DNA from: Gammaproteobacteria bacterium
Lineage (GTDB): Bacteria; Gemmatimonadota; Gemmatimonadetes; Longimicrobiales; Gaopeijiaceae
Reading direction: 5' to 3'
Assembly: GCA_028821195.1 (NCBI GenBank)
Contig: JAPPHB010000118.1
Coordinates: forward strand, 19,765 to 83,764
DNA length: 64,000 nt
A program made the position numbers and the translations under genes. Position 1 is the first letter of the stretch, and every line of letters starts with the position of its first letter. Below are positions 56,272-64,000 of the stretch, one piece after another. The notes below the pieces were generated by a model. That model saw nothing but the letters and a program-made list of their open reading frames with translations, was not told the DNA's origin and did no database searches.

Positions 56272-59200
56272 CTAGCGCTCGCGCACCTCGCGCACCAGCA
56301 CGCTGCGACTGACCGAGACCTCCGCGGCGGTGCCGAGCGATTCCGGGCGGACCCGGGACCAGTCGCGCACGATGCTGAGGATGCGCCCGGTCGAGCGGCT
56401 GGTCACGATCGCGCCTCCTCCGCCGCTGTCGCGGTCCAGCGTCGTGAAGCCCTCGGGGCCGGTCAGCGTCACGCGCGCCAGCTCGTCCGCCCGGCCCTCC
56501 TCGACAGGTACCGCAAACAGGAAGCCCGCGCCGCCGTGGTCGATCCTGTCCGGCGTGAAGCTCAACGAGAACATACGTCCTCCCGCCGCGTCGATGCCTT
56601 CCAGCCGGTATGGGCCCGGTGACGTGGGAAGCTTCACCGGCGTTTCCCACTCGAAGACGGGTTCCAGGCGCAGCTCTCCGTCCTGAACTCTGCCCCACAG
56701 CAGCAGCGTTTTCTCGACTGCCGTTGCTCCGGCGGCGGCGGTTGGCGCCGGTGGAAGCCCCATCCTGTACTCGAGGGCCTTCGTGAAGCTGAAGTCACTG
56801 GTCCACGCCGGGTCGCAGTAGGACATGAAGTCTCGGTAGCGGGCCGGACTGATCAGCCTGCCGAAGTCGCCTCCGGTGCTGAAATCGACGCCCCAGACGC
56901 CCGTGTATGCGTCGGTGTACGGGTAATCCGGATCGGGCCCGCCCGCTCCGCAGCCCGGAGCGTGCCGGAGGGTGAGGTTGTGGCCCAGTTCGTGGGCCAG
57001 GGTGGCGCCGAAGGGTCCGTCGCCGCGATAGACTCCCGCAACGTGTGACAAGGTCAGGCCGGCCCACCCGCCGATGTAGGCGACGCCCCCAAAGCCCCAC
57101 GACCCCCGATAGCGCGAGGCCGGCAAGGCCAGGATACCGTGATAGTAGTCGTTGGTGCCGCCCGCTTCGATGAATCGGAGCAGGTGGATTTCGCCGAGAA
57201 GCCCGAAGCCGCCCTCCTCCACCGTGTCGGCTTGCGTCATGTACGGCTCCCGCACGCTGATATTCAACGCGGAGAGCGGCAGCAGAAACTGGGTCTCCTG
57301 CAGCGCCGCGTGAGAGTTGCTGGTGGCCAGGTCCGCGACCAGAGCGGCCACCGGGGCATTGTCCACCTTGCTGGTCTCCGATTCGAACGCGACCGGCACA
57401 AGCGTCACGTCGAGCGGGGGCAGCGTGCGCACGTCCAGCTCCTCGCGACCCGTCGCCGGAATGCGCATCTCGCTGCCGGCAAGCGTCGACAGGGTGCTGT
57501 CCGGGTCGATCTCGACCACCATCTCCAGGCCGGGCTGCACGACGGAATCGGGGATCATGGCGTTGAAGGAGGCGTCCAGGCTGCTCTCGTCCACCCTTCT
57601 GGGCAGGCCGGAAGGCGGGGTCAGATCGGCAACGTGGATCTCCTCTTCGTCGAGATAGAAGGTGGCCCGCGCGGAAGGACGGTACGAGTTCAGAAAGTCG
57701 GCGGTCACGAAGACCCGGAGCAGCGCCTCGCGGTTCGCGACCAGCGGCACCTTGCCGGCGTAGGACTGTGTGGCCTGAACGAGGTAGGCGGCCTGCGCTT
57801 CGACCTTCAGATCCGGCGGGTTGACCAGCACCAGCGGTGTGCCGGCGACGGGCGTGATGCCCTCGAAACAGAGGAAGCCTTCGCACTCGTCCTCAGGCGT
57901 GGCCGGCAGGGAGTCGAGCTGGATGTACTGCGAGACGCTGCCTTCCCGGCGGGTCACGGTAACCAGTCGGCTGAGCGTGTCTCCGGCGGCGATCGAGACG
58001 ACCGTCGAGCGCGGCTCGCCCCCGCGGGCGCCGAACACGAGGCGCATGTCGAACGGGGCGCCCTCCCTGACCGCGATGCCGATCTGTGCGGGTCCTTCCG
58101 CCAGCGGGTCCTCGTTGTCCGTCCTTACGGCTTCCAGGGTAAGTGGGAAGGGATCGGTCAGATTGTCCTCCAGCCAGAGAATCTCGAGTGAGGCGAGGCC
58201 GGCGAACACGCCCCGAGGCAACTCCGTCAGCGCATTGCCGAAAACAGAGAGATTCTTGAGATCGGGCGTGCCCTGAAAGACTCCTTCCGGCAGTCGCGTC
58301 AGGTCGTTTCGGTGCATGTACAGCTCGGTCAGATCGCCGAGGTCGTCGAGGAGGCCGTCGGGCAACTCGGTCAACTGGTTGTCGCCGAGGCTGAGCAAGT
58401 CGAGGTCGTCGAGGCCGTCCAGGACGCCATCGGGCACCTCGCTCAGCCGATTGTACGAAACGGCAAGGGTGTCGAGGCTGGTGAGGTCGGCAAAGACGCC
58501 GTCGGCCAGTTCCGTCAATCGGTTCAGGTAGATCGACAGGTAGTTGAGTTCGCTGAGGCCGCCGAAAACACCCTCGGGAAGCGACGCCAGCCGATTTCTG
58601 CTGAAATACAGGTTCCTGACGTCGGTGATGTTGTCGAAGACGCCTTCGTTCAACTCGGTCAAGCGGTTTGCCGAAAGCGTCAGGTACTCCAGGCTGGTCA
58701 GATCGTCGAAGGCGCCCGCCGGCAACGCGGAAAGGCGGTTGCCCGACAATCTGAGCCCCTTGAGTTCGGTGAGGTTGTCGAAGACGCCGTCGGGCAGTGT
58801 CTCAAGTTCGTTACCACCCAGCCAGAGGGTGTCCAGAGCCGTCATGTCGGCGAAGATCCCCTCGGGCACGGTGGTCAGCCAGTTGGATTGCAGGTAGAGC
58901 TTCTTGAGAGCAGTGAATCCGCTGAAGCTGCTGTCGGGCAGTGCGGTCAGCGCGTTGCCCGAAAGATCGAGGTATTCCAGCCCGGTGAGCGCTCGGAAAA
59001 CGCCTTCCGGGAGCGATGCCAGCAGGTTCTCCTCGAGATTCAGCGTGTCGAGGTTCGCGACATCGGCGAAAACGCTGTCGGGCAACCCTCTCAGGAAGTT
59101 ATGGCTGAGGTCCAGGAACACGAGGCCGCGCAGCCCCTCGAAATCACCATTCTTGAGGGAGATGATGCGCTCGTCCTCGCCGTCGGCTCCCGCCATGTCC

Positions 59201-59823
59201 ATGAACACCGTGCCGGTTCCGGCGGGACCGGATGGCCGGGACTCGCACGAATTCGGCGGGCCGCCGCGTTCGAATTCATCCGCGATCGCTTCCGGGCAAT
59301 CGGAGCCCGACGCCGAAGTGGTGTCCTCGTGCGGACCACTGACGTCGAGGCGCCTGAGGCGCGCCAGCAGTCCCGCGGTCACCTGCGCGCAGTCCTCACG
59401 GTTCGTCGCAGCCATGAGCGCGTCGCGTACCTGCGGAGTCCGGCCGCAGACGCCGTCGGTCGACGAGCTGTTGACCGATGCCTGAACCACGGCGCTCAGA
59501 TCTCCCGCCACAACCGTGATCGCGGCCGTTCCCCGGGCGACCGCCGTCGCCCGGCCGTCCTGGTCCACGGAAATGACCGATGCGTCTTCGCTCGACCACG
59601 TGAACGGGGCGGGGAAGGCATTGCCGTGCTGGTCCAGCACGGTCACCGTGAGTTCCGCCATCTCACCGGGAACACCGAGCTCGACCGTCGCCGGGGAGAC
59701 CGAGAGCGAAACCGCGCGCGGTGGCTCCGGTTCCGTGACGTCCTGGACGTCGCCACATGCCGTCAATGCCAGGAGGACAAAAACGATGGCGACTTTCTTC
59801 GGAAAATACTGAAACAGGCTCAT
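56272..59823 (-). CDS. Large lipoprotein: Big_2 domain, about 14 leucine-rich repeats and a metzincin-like zinc protease domain
   Basis: ATG 59823 and lipobox LLALTAC. Big_2 (SVSPATVELG..SSEDASVISVDQDG). 24-aa LRRs L..L.L..N.L..LP.GVF at nt 58159-59166. HELGHNLTLRH (nt 56962-56994) and a downstream FMSYC Met-turn. Confidence 0.8.
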   Translation of the reverse strand: MSLFQYFPKKVAIVFVLLALTACGDVQDVTEPEPPRAVSLSVSPATVELGVPGEMAELTVTVLDQHGNAFPAPFTWSSEDASVISVDQDGRATAVARGTAAITVVAGDLSAVVQASVNSSSTDGVCGRTPQVRDALMAATNREDCAQVTAGLLARLRRLDVSGPHEDTTSASGSDCPEAIADEFERGGPPNSCESRPSGPAGTGTVFMDMAGADGEDERIISLKNGDFEGLRGLVFLDLSHNFLRGLPDSVFADVANLDTLNLEENLLASLPEGVFRALTGLEYLDLSGNALTALPDSSFSGFTALKKLYLQSNWLTTVPEGIFADMTALDTLWLGGNELETLPDGVFDNLTELKGLRLSGNRLSALPAGAFDDLTSLEYLTLSANRLTELNEGVFDNITDVRNLYFSRNRLASLPEGVFGGLSELNYLSIYLNRLTELADGVFADLTSLDTLAVSYNRLSEVPDGVLDGLDDLDLLSLGDNQLTELPDGLLDDLGDLTELYMHRNDLTRLPEGVFQGTPDLKNLSVFGNALTELPRGVFAGLASLEILWLEDNLTDPFPLTLEAVRTDNEDPLAEGPAQIGIAVREGAPFDMRLVFGARGGEPRSTVVSIAAGDTLSRLVTVTRREGSVSQYIQLDSLPATPEDECEGFLCFEGITPVAGTPLVLVNPPDLKVEAQAAYLVQATQSYAGKVPLVANREALLRVFVTADFLNSYRPSARATFYLDEEEIHVADLTPPSGLPRRVDESSLDASFNAMIPDSVVQPGLEMVVEIDPDSTLSTLAGSEMRIPATGREELDVRTLPPLDVTLVPVAFESETSKVDNAPVAALVADLATSNSHAALQETQFLLPLSALNISVREPYMTQADTVEEGGFGLLGEIHLLRFIEAGGTNDYYHGILALPASRYRGSWGFGGVAYIGGWAGLTLSHVAGVYRGDGPFGATLAHELGHNLTLRHAPGCGAGGPDPDYPYTDAYTGVWGVDFSTGGDFGRLISPARYRDFMSYCDPAWTSDFSFTKALEYRMGLPPAPTAAAGATAVEKTLLLWGRVQDGELRLEPVFEWETPVKLPTSPGPYRLEGIDAAGGRMFSLSFTPDRIDHGGAGFLFAVPVEEGRADELARVTLTGPEGFTTLDRDSGGGGAIVTSRSTGRILSIVRDWSRVRPESLGTAAEVSVSRSVLVREVRER

Positions 59824-60021
59824 GGTACATTCGCCTCGATTCATCAGGTGTCGCATGCCACGCCTTGGGGAGTCTGCACTGGCGGACCTCTGTCGGGTGC
59901 CTCCCTACTAGTCTGCCGGGGGGGATCGACGATACCCGCAATCTCGACACCGCCGCAAGGGGGCGCCGCCTTGCCGTGACGGGCCGCCTGAGGCATCCTT
60001 TCGCGGCGGCACTGCGGGTGC

Positions 60022-60408
60022 ATGAGCCTGACCGAATGGCCGGCGAGACGCTTCGACAGGGACGACGGAAAACCCATGGGCATTCGTGACTCGATCGCAG
60101 ACGAAATCCAGTGCTCGCGTTGCGGCGAGCTCCGCGACCGCAGCGATGTCGACCGCCTTCTGTGGTGCGTCGGCTGCCGCGCCCGCGCCCGGCTGATTGC
60201 CACCCGCAGGGCGCGCATCGCCGCGACTGCCCTGGCGGTGATCGTCGCGGGCTACATCTGGGGCATCATCCGCCCCACCGACGTGGTGATCGGCGGCTGG
60301 ATCGCCACCGTCATCGCGGCCTACTGGATCGGGGGCAAGCTGGCCCGCGAGATCTTCTACGGCATCGAGCGCTCCGACAAGAAGCGCTATCCCGGGAGCA
60401 CCGGCTGA
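60022..60408 (+). CDS. Small hypothetical protein: CxxC...CxxC zinc-ribbon-like N-part plus two TM helices
   Basis: CSRCGEL..WCVGCR, then IAATALAVIVAGYIWGII and VIGGWIATVIAAYWIGG. The true start may be ATG 60076. Confidence 0.4.
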   Translation: MSLTEWPARRFDRDDGKPMGIRDSIADEIQCSRCGELRDRSDVDRLLWCVGCRARARLIATRRARIAATALAVIVAGYIWGIIRPTDVVIGGWIATVIAAYWIGGKLAREIFYGIERSDKKRYPGSTG

Positions 60409-60528
60409 GCCCGCGAGGCGCCTCTTCGCCCTGACGGACGCCGGGGGAGAGGACGATCTCCGTGTCCGCCTCGTTTTCCGTTAGCTTCCCTGCGCATCTC
60501 CGGGACCGTCGGCGACAGGGACACCCTC

Positions 60529-61713
60529 ATGGCGGAAAAATTTCAGGGATTCGACTTCTACGATCTGGACTCCGCGCTCAGCGAGGAGGAGCGGATGATC
60601 CGGGACGCCATCCGCGAGTGGGTGGAGGAAGAGGTCATTCCGATCATCGGCGAGGCCTACTACGAACGCAGGTTTCCCCGCTCACTCATCCCCGGGCTGG
60701 GGGAACTCGGGGTCCTTGGGGCCAACCTGCCGGAGAAGTACGGCTGCGCCGGCCTCAACAACGTCGCCTACGGGCTGATCATGCAGGAACTCGAGCGTGG
60801 AGACTCGGGGCTGCGCTCGTTCGTGTCGGTGCAGGGCGCGCTGGTCATGTACCCCATCCATGCCTTCGGCTCGGAGGAGCACCGCCGCGAGTGGCTCCCC
60901 CGGCTTGCCTCGGCAGATGCCATCGGGTGCTTCGGCCTCACCGAGCCCGACTACGGCTCCAACCCCGCGGGAATGATCACCACCGCGAAGAAGACCGCCG
61001 ACGGCTGGGTGCTCAACGGCACCAAGATGTGGATCACCAACGGCTCCATGGCCGATGTCGCGGTCATCTGGGCGCAGACCGACGCGCCCGACAACCCCAG
61101 GGGCATCCGCGGGTTCGTCGTGCCCACCGACACTCCCGGATTCAGCGCGCGCGACCAGACCGGGAAGCTCTCGCTGCTCGCCTCGGACACCAGCGAGCTC
61201 GCGCTGCAGGACGTGCACGTTCCGGACGACGCACTCATGCCGGGCAGCACGGGTCTCAAGAGCCCGCTCATGTGCCTTACCCAGGCGCGCTACGGGATCG
61301 CGTGGGGCGTGGTGGGCGCCGCCATGGCCTGCTTCCACGAGGCGCTCGGCTACAGCACGCAGCGGATCATGTTCGACACCGTGATCGGCGCCAAGCAGAT
61401 CCAGCAGGTGCGCATAGCGGACATGCTCACCGGCATCACCCAGGGGCAGCTGCTGGCACTGCAGGTCGGCCGCCTGAAGGACGAGGGCAAAGTCACGCCG
61501 CAGCAGGTGTCGCTGGCCAAGCGGGCCAACTGCCACATGGCCTGCGAGGTGGCGCGGGAGGCCCGGCGGCTGCTGGGCGCCAACGGCATCCTGGTGGAGT
61601 ATTCGGCCATGCGCCACATGGCCAACCTGGAGTCGGTGTACACCTACGAGGGCACGCACGACATCCACTCCCTCATCCTGGGACAGGCGATGACCGGGCT
61701 GTCCGCCTTCTGA
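60529..61713 (+). CDS. Acyl-CoA dehydrogenase, glutaryl-CoA dehydrogenase-like
   Basis: GCFGLTEPDYGSNP, KMWITNG, and the C-terminal YTYEGTHDIHSLILG typical of the GCDH subgroup. Confidence 0.85.
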   Translation: MAEKFQGFDFYDLDSALSEEERMIRDAIREWVEEEVIPIIGEAYYERRFPRSLIPGLGELGVLGANLPEKYGCAGLNNVAYGLIMQELERGDSGLRSFVSVQGALVMYPIHAFGSEEHRREWLPRLASADAIGCFGLTEPDYGSNPAGMITTAKKTADGWVLNGTKMWITNGSMADVAVIWAQTDAPDNPRGIRGFVVPTDTPGFSARDQTGKLSLLASDTSELALQDVHVPDDALMPGSTGLKSPLMCLTQARYGIAWGVVGAAMACFHEALGYSTQRIMFDTVIGAKQIQQVRIADMLTGITQGQLLALQVGRLKDEGKVTPQQVSLAKRANCHMACEVAREARRLLGANGILVEYSAMRHMANLESVYTYEGTHDIHSLILGQAMTGLSAF

Positions 61714-61767
61714 CCTTGACCCCCGACCCGGCGCGGCGCAGGTTAGCTGCCCGGCGCGACATTGCCC

Positions 61768-61840
61768 GCCTCGCTAGCTCAACTGGTAGAGCAACTGACT
61801 CTTAATCAGTAGGTTCGGGGTTCGAGTCCCTGGCGGGGCA
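61768..61840 (+). tRNA. tRNA-Lys(CTT): tRNA-Lys (anticodon CTT), CCA not encoded
   Basis: Hand-folded 73-nt cloverleaf: acceptor GCCTCGC/GCGGGGC (one G-U pair), D arm GCTC-AACTGGTA-GAGC, anticodon arm ACTGA-CTCTTAA-TCAGT, variable AGGTT, T arm CGGGG-TTCGAGT-CCCTG, discriminator A. Confidence 0.9.
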
Positions 61841-61859
61841 TAGGAGGTCGGAGAACCAC

Positions 61860-62648
61860 ATGCACGCACTTCTGCCCGCCCCCCGCCGGTGGGCGTCCGG
61901 TCACCTTCTCGGCATCAGCCTGTTCATCCTCGCCGCGTCCGGATGTGGAACCCGGGACGAGGCGCCGGGTGGAGCGGGCATGGCCGATTCCCGGGCGGCG
62001 CAGTTGGTCGAGCGCTCGATCGCCTTCCACGACCCCGAGGGAATCTGGGGCTCGCGCGCCATCGACATGGCCTGGTTCGGCACCGGCTCCGACGGCGGCG
62101 AGCGCGTGTCCGTGGAGCTCCGTTTCGGCGCGGATGAACGCGACTTGGCTTTCTCCGGCCGCTATGCGGGATCGAGTATCGAATACGAGGTTTCCGGCGA
62201 GGTCTGGGCTGCCACGGTGGATGGCGACGGTTCGCCGGACGAGGAGACGCTCGCTCGAATGCGGCTCGACCGCGAGGACGGCGTCTTCTGGCGCAGCTAC
62301 TACGGCTTACTGGCCGGCCTGCCCATGAAGATCGCGGACCCGGGCGCCCGTCTGGACCCGGAGTTGGCCGAGACGACGTTCGAAGGGCGGGACGTCCATG
62401 CGGTGCGGGTGACCTACGATCCGCAGGTGGGCGGCGACACCTGGTACTTCTACTTCGATGCGGACACCGGGGAACTCGTGGGCTGCCGCTTCTACCACGA
62501 CGAGAGCGCCAACGACGGAGAGTACATCACCTTCGAGGGGCTGGCGGAAGGAGGCGGCCTGCGCCTCCCGCGCTACCGCGAGTGGTACACCAACGCCGAC
62601 GACCGCTTTCTGGGCTCGGACGAGATCCGCTCCGTCACCGTGAGGTGA
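61860..62648 (+). CDS. Hypothetical lipoprotein
   Basis: Lipobox LFILAASGC. No catalytic motif recognised. Coding-like composition. Confidence 0.6.
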   Translation: MHALLPAPRRWASGHLLGISLFILAASGCGTRDEAPGGAGMADSRAAQLVERSIAFHDPEGIWGSRAIDMAWFGTGSDGGERVSVELRFGADERDLAFSGRYAGSSIEYEVSGEVWAATVDGDGSPDEETLARMRLDREDGVFWRSYYGLLAGLPMKIADPGARLDPELAETTFEGRDVHAVRVTYDPQVGGDTWYFYFDADTGELVGCRFYHDESANDGEYITFEGLAEGGGLRLPRYREWYTNADDRFLGSDEIRSVTVR

Positions 62649-63753
62649 TGCGCCCTTCGCTGGAAGTCCAGAGCGCGCGCCCGTCGCGGATCTCCAACTC
62701 GGTGCCGTAAGCGGCGGAGAGTTCCGTGAAACGGGTCAGAATGGACTCGGCGATTCCACCGTTCGCCACCTCGGGGTAGCCGCGCCGCTCGAGGAAGAAC
62801 TCTCCTTCCGAGCCTTCGTCGAGCGCGATGGGTGTGAACGCGGCGTCCCGCACGCCGTTCGGTCCGATGATCAGCGTCACTACCACGCTCTGCCAGGTCT
62901 CGGGCGGATAGTTCCCGATTTCGGTCCGGCTGTGGAAGATGAAATTGCCCAGGCCATAGAGGATGAGGCCGTCCCGGTAGGCCTCCATTCCCGAAACGCG
63001 CGGCTCGCCGTGGCTGACGTACAGGTCCGCGCCGGCGTCCACCGTGGCCCGGGCCCAGCTTTCCTGCCAGCCTTCGCCCGCATCGACCTGATAGTGCTGG
63101 TAGGCGATGACGAAATCGGCGTTGGCGGCGGCCTCCCGGATCGCCGCGAGGTTGCGGTCCCGGGCCGCGTCGTCGGTCGGCGCGAGCATGTTCACGCCCG
63201 GCGCCGACTCGGTCGCGGCGGCCTCCGGCGGCTGGTTGACGGTCGCCACAGCCACCATCCCCACGCGCAGCCCGGCCACGTCGCGGTACACGGGAGCGAC
63301 CGCTTCCGCCAGGGTCCGTCCGGTGCCCGCATGGGTGAACCCGCGCTCGGCAGCTTCCTCGATCGTGGACACGATCCCTGCATCCCCATAGTCCCACGAG
63401 TGATTGTTGGCCAGCGAGAGCAGGGAGACGCCGAGTTCGTCCAGATAGTCCAGCACCTCCGGTCCCGCGCCGTGGAAGAACACGTCGTCGCGCGTCGGCC
63501 GGCAGTCGCATCCGGGCCCCGCCACCGCCACCTCGAGGTTGGTGAAGACCGCGTCCGCCGCCGCGAGGAGCGGCGCGACCGTGGCCAGCGGCTCTTCCAG
63601 ATACTGTCGGGGATCGTGCTCGATGAGGGCCTGGCCCACCACGGCCAGGGTGACGGAGGAGTCGTCGGCCTCGGAGGGAGGCCCCTCCGCGGGCGCGCCG
63701 CAAGCCCCGAGGAGGACAGCCGCGAGCAGGACGGCGGCCCGCTTCTCCCGCAC
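62635..63753 (-). CDS. CapA / PGA_cap family metallophosphatase-like lipoprotein
   Basis: Lipobox AVLLGAC. ...NLEVAV..., ANNHSWDYG, HYQ..., YGLGNFIF, the pattern of CapA family proteins. Confidence 0.75.
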   Translation of the reverse strand: MREKRAAVLLAAVLLGACGAPAEGPPSEADDSSVTLAVVGQALIEHDPRQYLEEPLATVAPLLAAADAVFTNLEVAVAGPGCDCRPTRDDVFFHGAGPEVLDYLDELGVSLLSLANNHSWDYGDAGIVSTIEEAAERGFTHAGTGRTLAEAVAPVYRDVAGLRVGMVAVATVNQPPEAAATESAPGVNMLAPTDDAARDRNLAAIREAAANADFVIAYQHYQVDAGEGWQESWARATVDAGADLYVSHGEPRVSGMEAYRDGLILYGLGNFIFHSRTEIGNYPPETWQSVVVTLIIGPNGVRDAAFTPIALDEGSEGEFFLERRGYPEVANGGIAESILTRFTELSAAYGTELEIRDGRALWTSSEGRITSR

Positions 63754-63755
63754 TG

Positions 63756-64000
63756 CTACATCGAGAATACCGACCTGCCTCGCGAGAACGTCTCCAGGAT
63801 CGGGATGAACTCAAGGTTCTCCGGATCCGCGGTCAGCGGGCTCTCGTCCAGGATCACCAGATCGGCCTGCTTGCCGACCGTGATCGAGCCCTTGGTGTCC
63901 TCCTCGAAATACTGGTAGGCGCCGCCGAGCGTCACAGCGTGAAGCGCCTGCATCACGGTCAGCCGCTGATGCGGCCCCAGGATGTGCCCGCTGCGGGTCT
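63756..64000 (-). CDS. Amidohydrolase family protein, C-terminal fragment (continues beyond the window)
   Basis: The frame is open to nt 64000. The C-terminal pattern ...ALHAVTLGGAYQYF...GSITVGKQADLVILD... is typical of metal-dependent amidohydrolases. Confidence 0.7.
   Translation of the reverse strand, partial: TRSGHILGPHQRLTVMQALHAVTLGGAYQYFEEDTKGSITVGKQADLVILDESPLTADPENLEFIPILETFSRGRSVFSM

Noticed and set aside
61768-63753. The tRNA-Lys gene as the attachment site of a genomic island.
   Set aside because: No integrase, no direct repeat of the tRNA 3' end and no compositional shift were seen downstream. The neighbouring genes look like ordinary lipoprotein and CapA-family genes.

Overview
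GC-rich bacterial chromosomal window. Third codon positions are almost all G/C, so long spurious antisense ORFs occur everywhere. I count about 45 real, tightly packed genes, many joined by 4-nt ATGA/GTGA stop-start overlaps. All calls come from motif recognition in the supplied translations and from reading the DNA; no searches were run.

The gene content includes a TonB-dependent receptor, M16/S46/S9 peptidases, LVIVD and YVTN propellers and several Tat-exported enzymes. This suggests an aerobic proteolytic heterotroph, possibly Gemmatimonadota- or Acidobacteriota-like, but taxonomy cannot be settled from this window.

Housekeeping content:
- ba3-type cytochrome oxidase operon (IIa-II-I)
- addB-addA plus an MBL hydrolase
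- AlkA-like glycosylase
- a Tat-exported three-subunit molybdenum hydroxylase with a cytochrome b anchor
- aldehyde dehydrogenase, ThyX, Ppk1, a PhoB/PhoR-like pair, MsrB, NAD-IDH, glutaryl-CoA dehydrogenase-like enzyme and tRNA-Lys(CTT)

Most unusual observations:
1. Two diverged paralogous DUF222+HNH endonuclease loci (REP13E12-like) lie 33 kb apart in direct orientation. Each is preceded by the same AT-rich island, a conserved block, and an array (3 and 2 copies) of a 45-bp bipartite motif separated by unrelated spacers. I cannot assign this nuclease-plus-array unit to any described system, and it is my best candidate for something new.
2. thyX is split inside its RHR-X7-S-X-R-Y signature by a 214-aa mini-intein.
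3. A single polypeptide fuses FakA-like DhaL and middle domains to a complete DegV (FakB-like) domain.
4. A radical-SAM enzyme is paired with a Cys-insert metallophosphoesterase.
5. A 1183-aa lipoprotein combines Big_2, about 14 LRRs and a metzincin-like protease.
6. Several in-frame tandem-repeat expansions occur inside coding regions.

No CRISPR-cas, transposase, integrase or prophage genes were seen.
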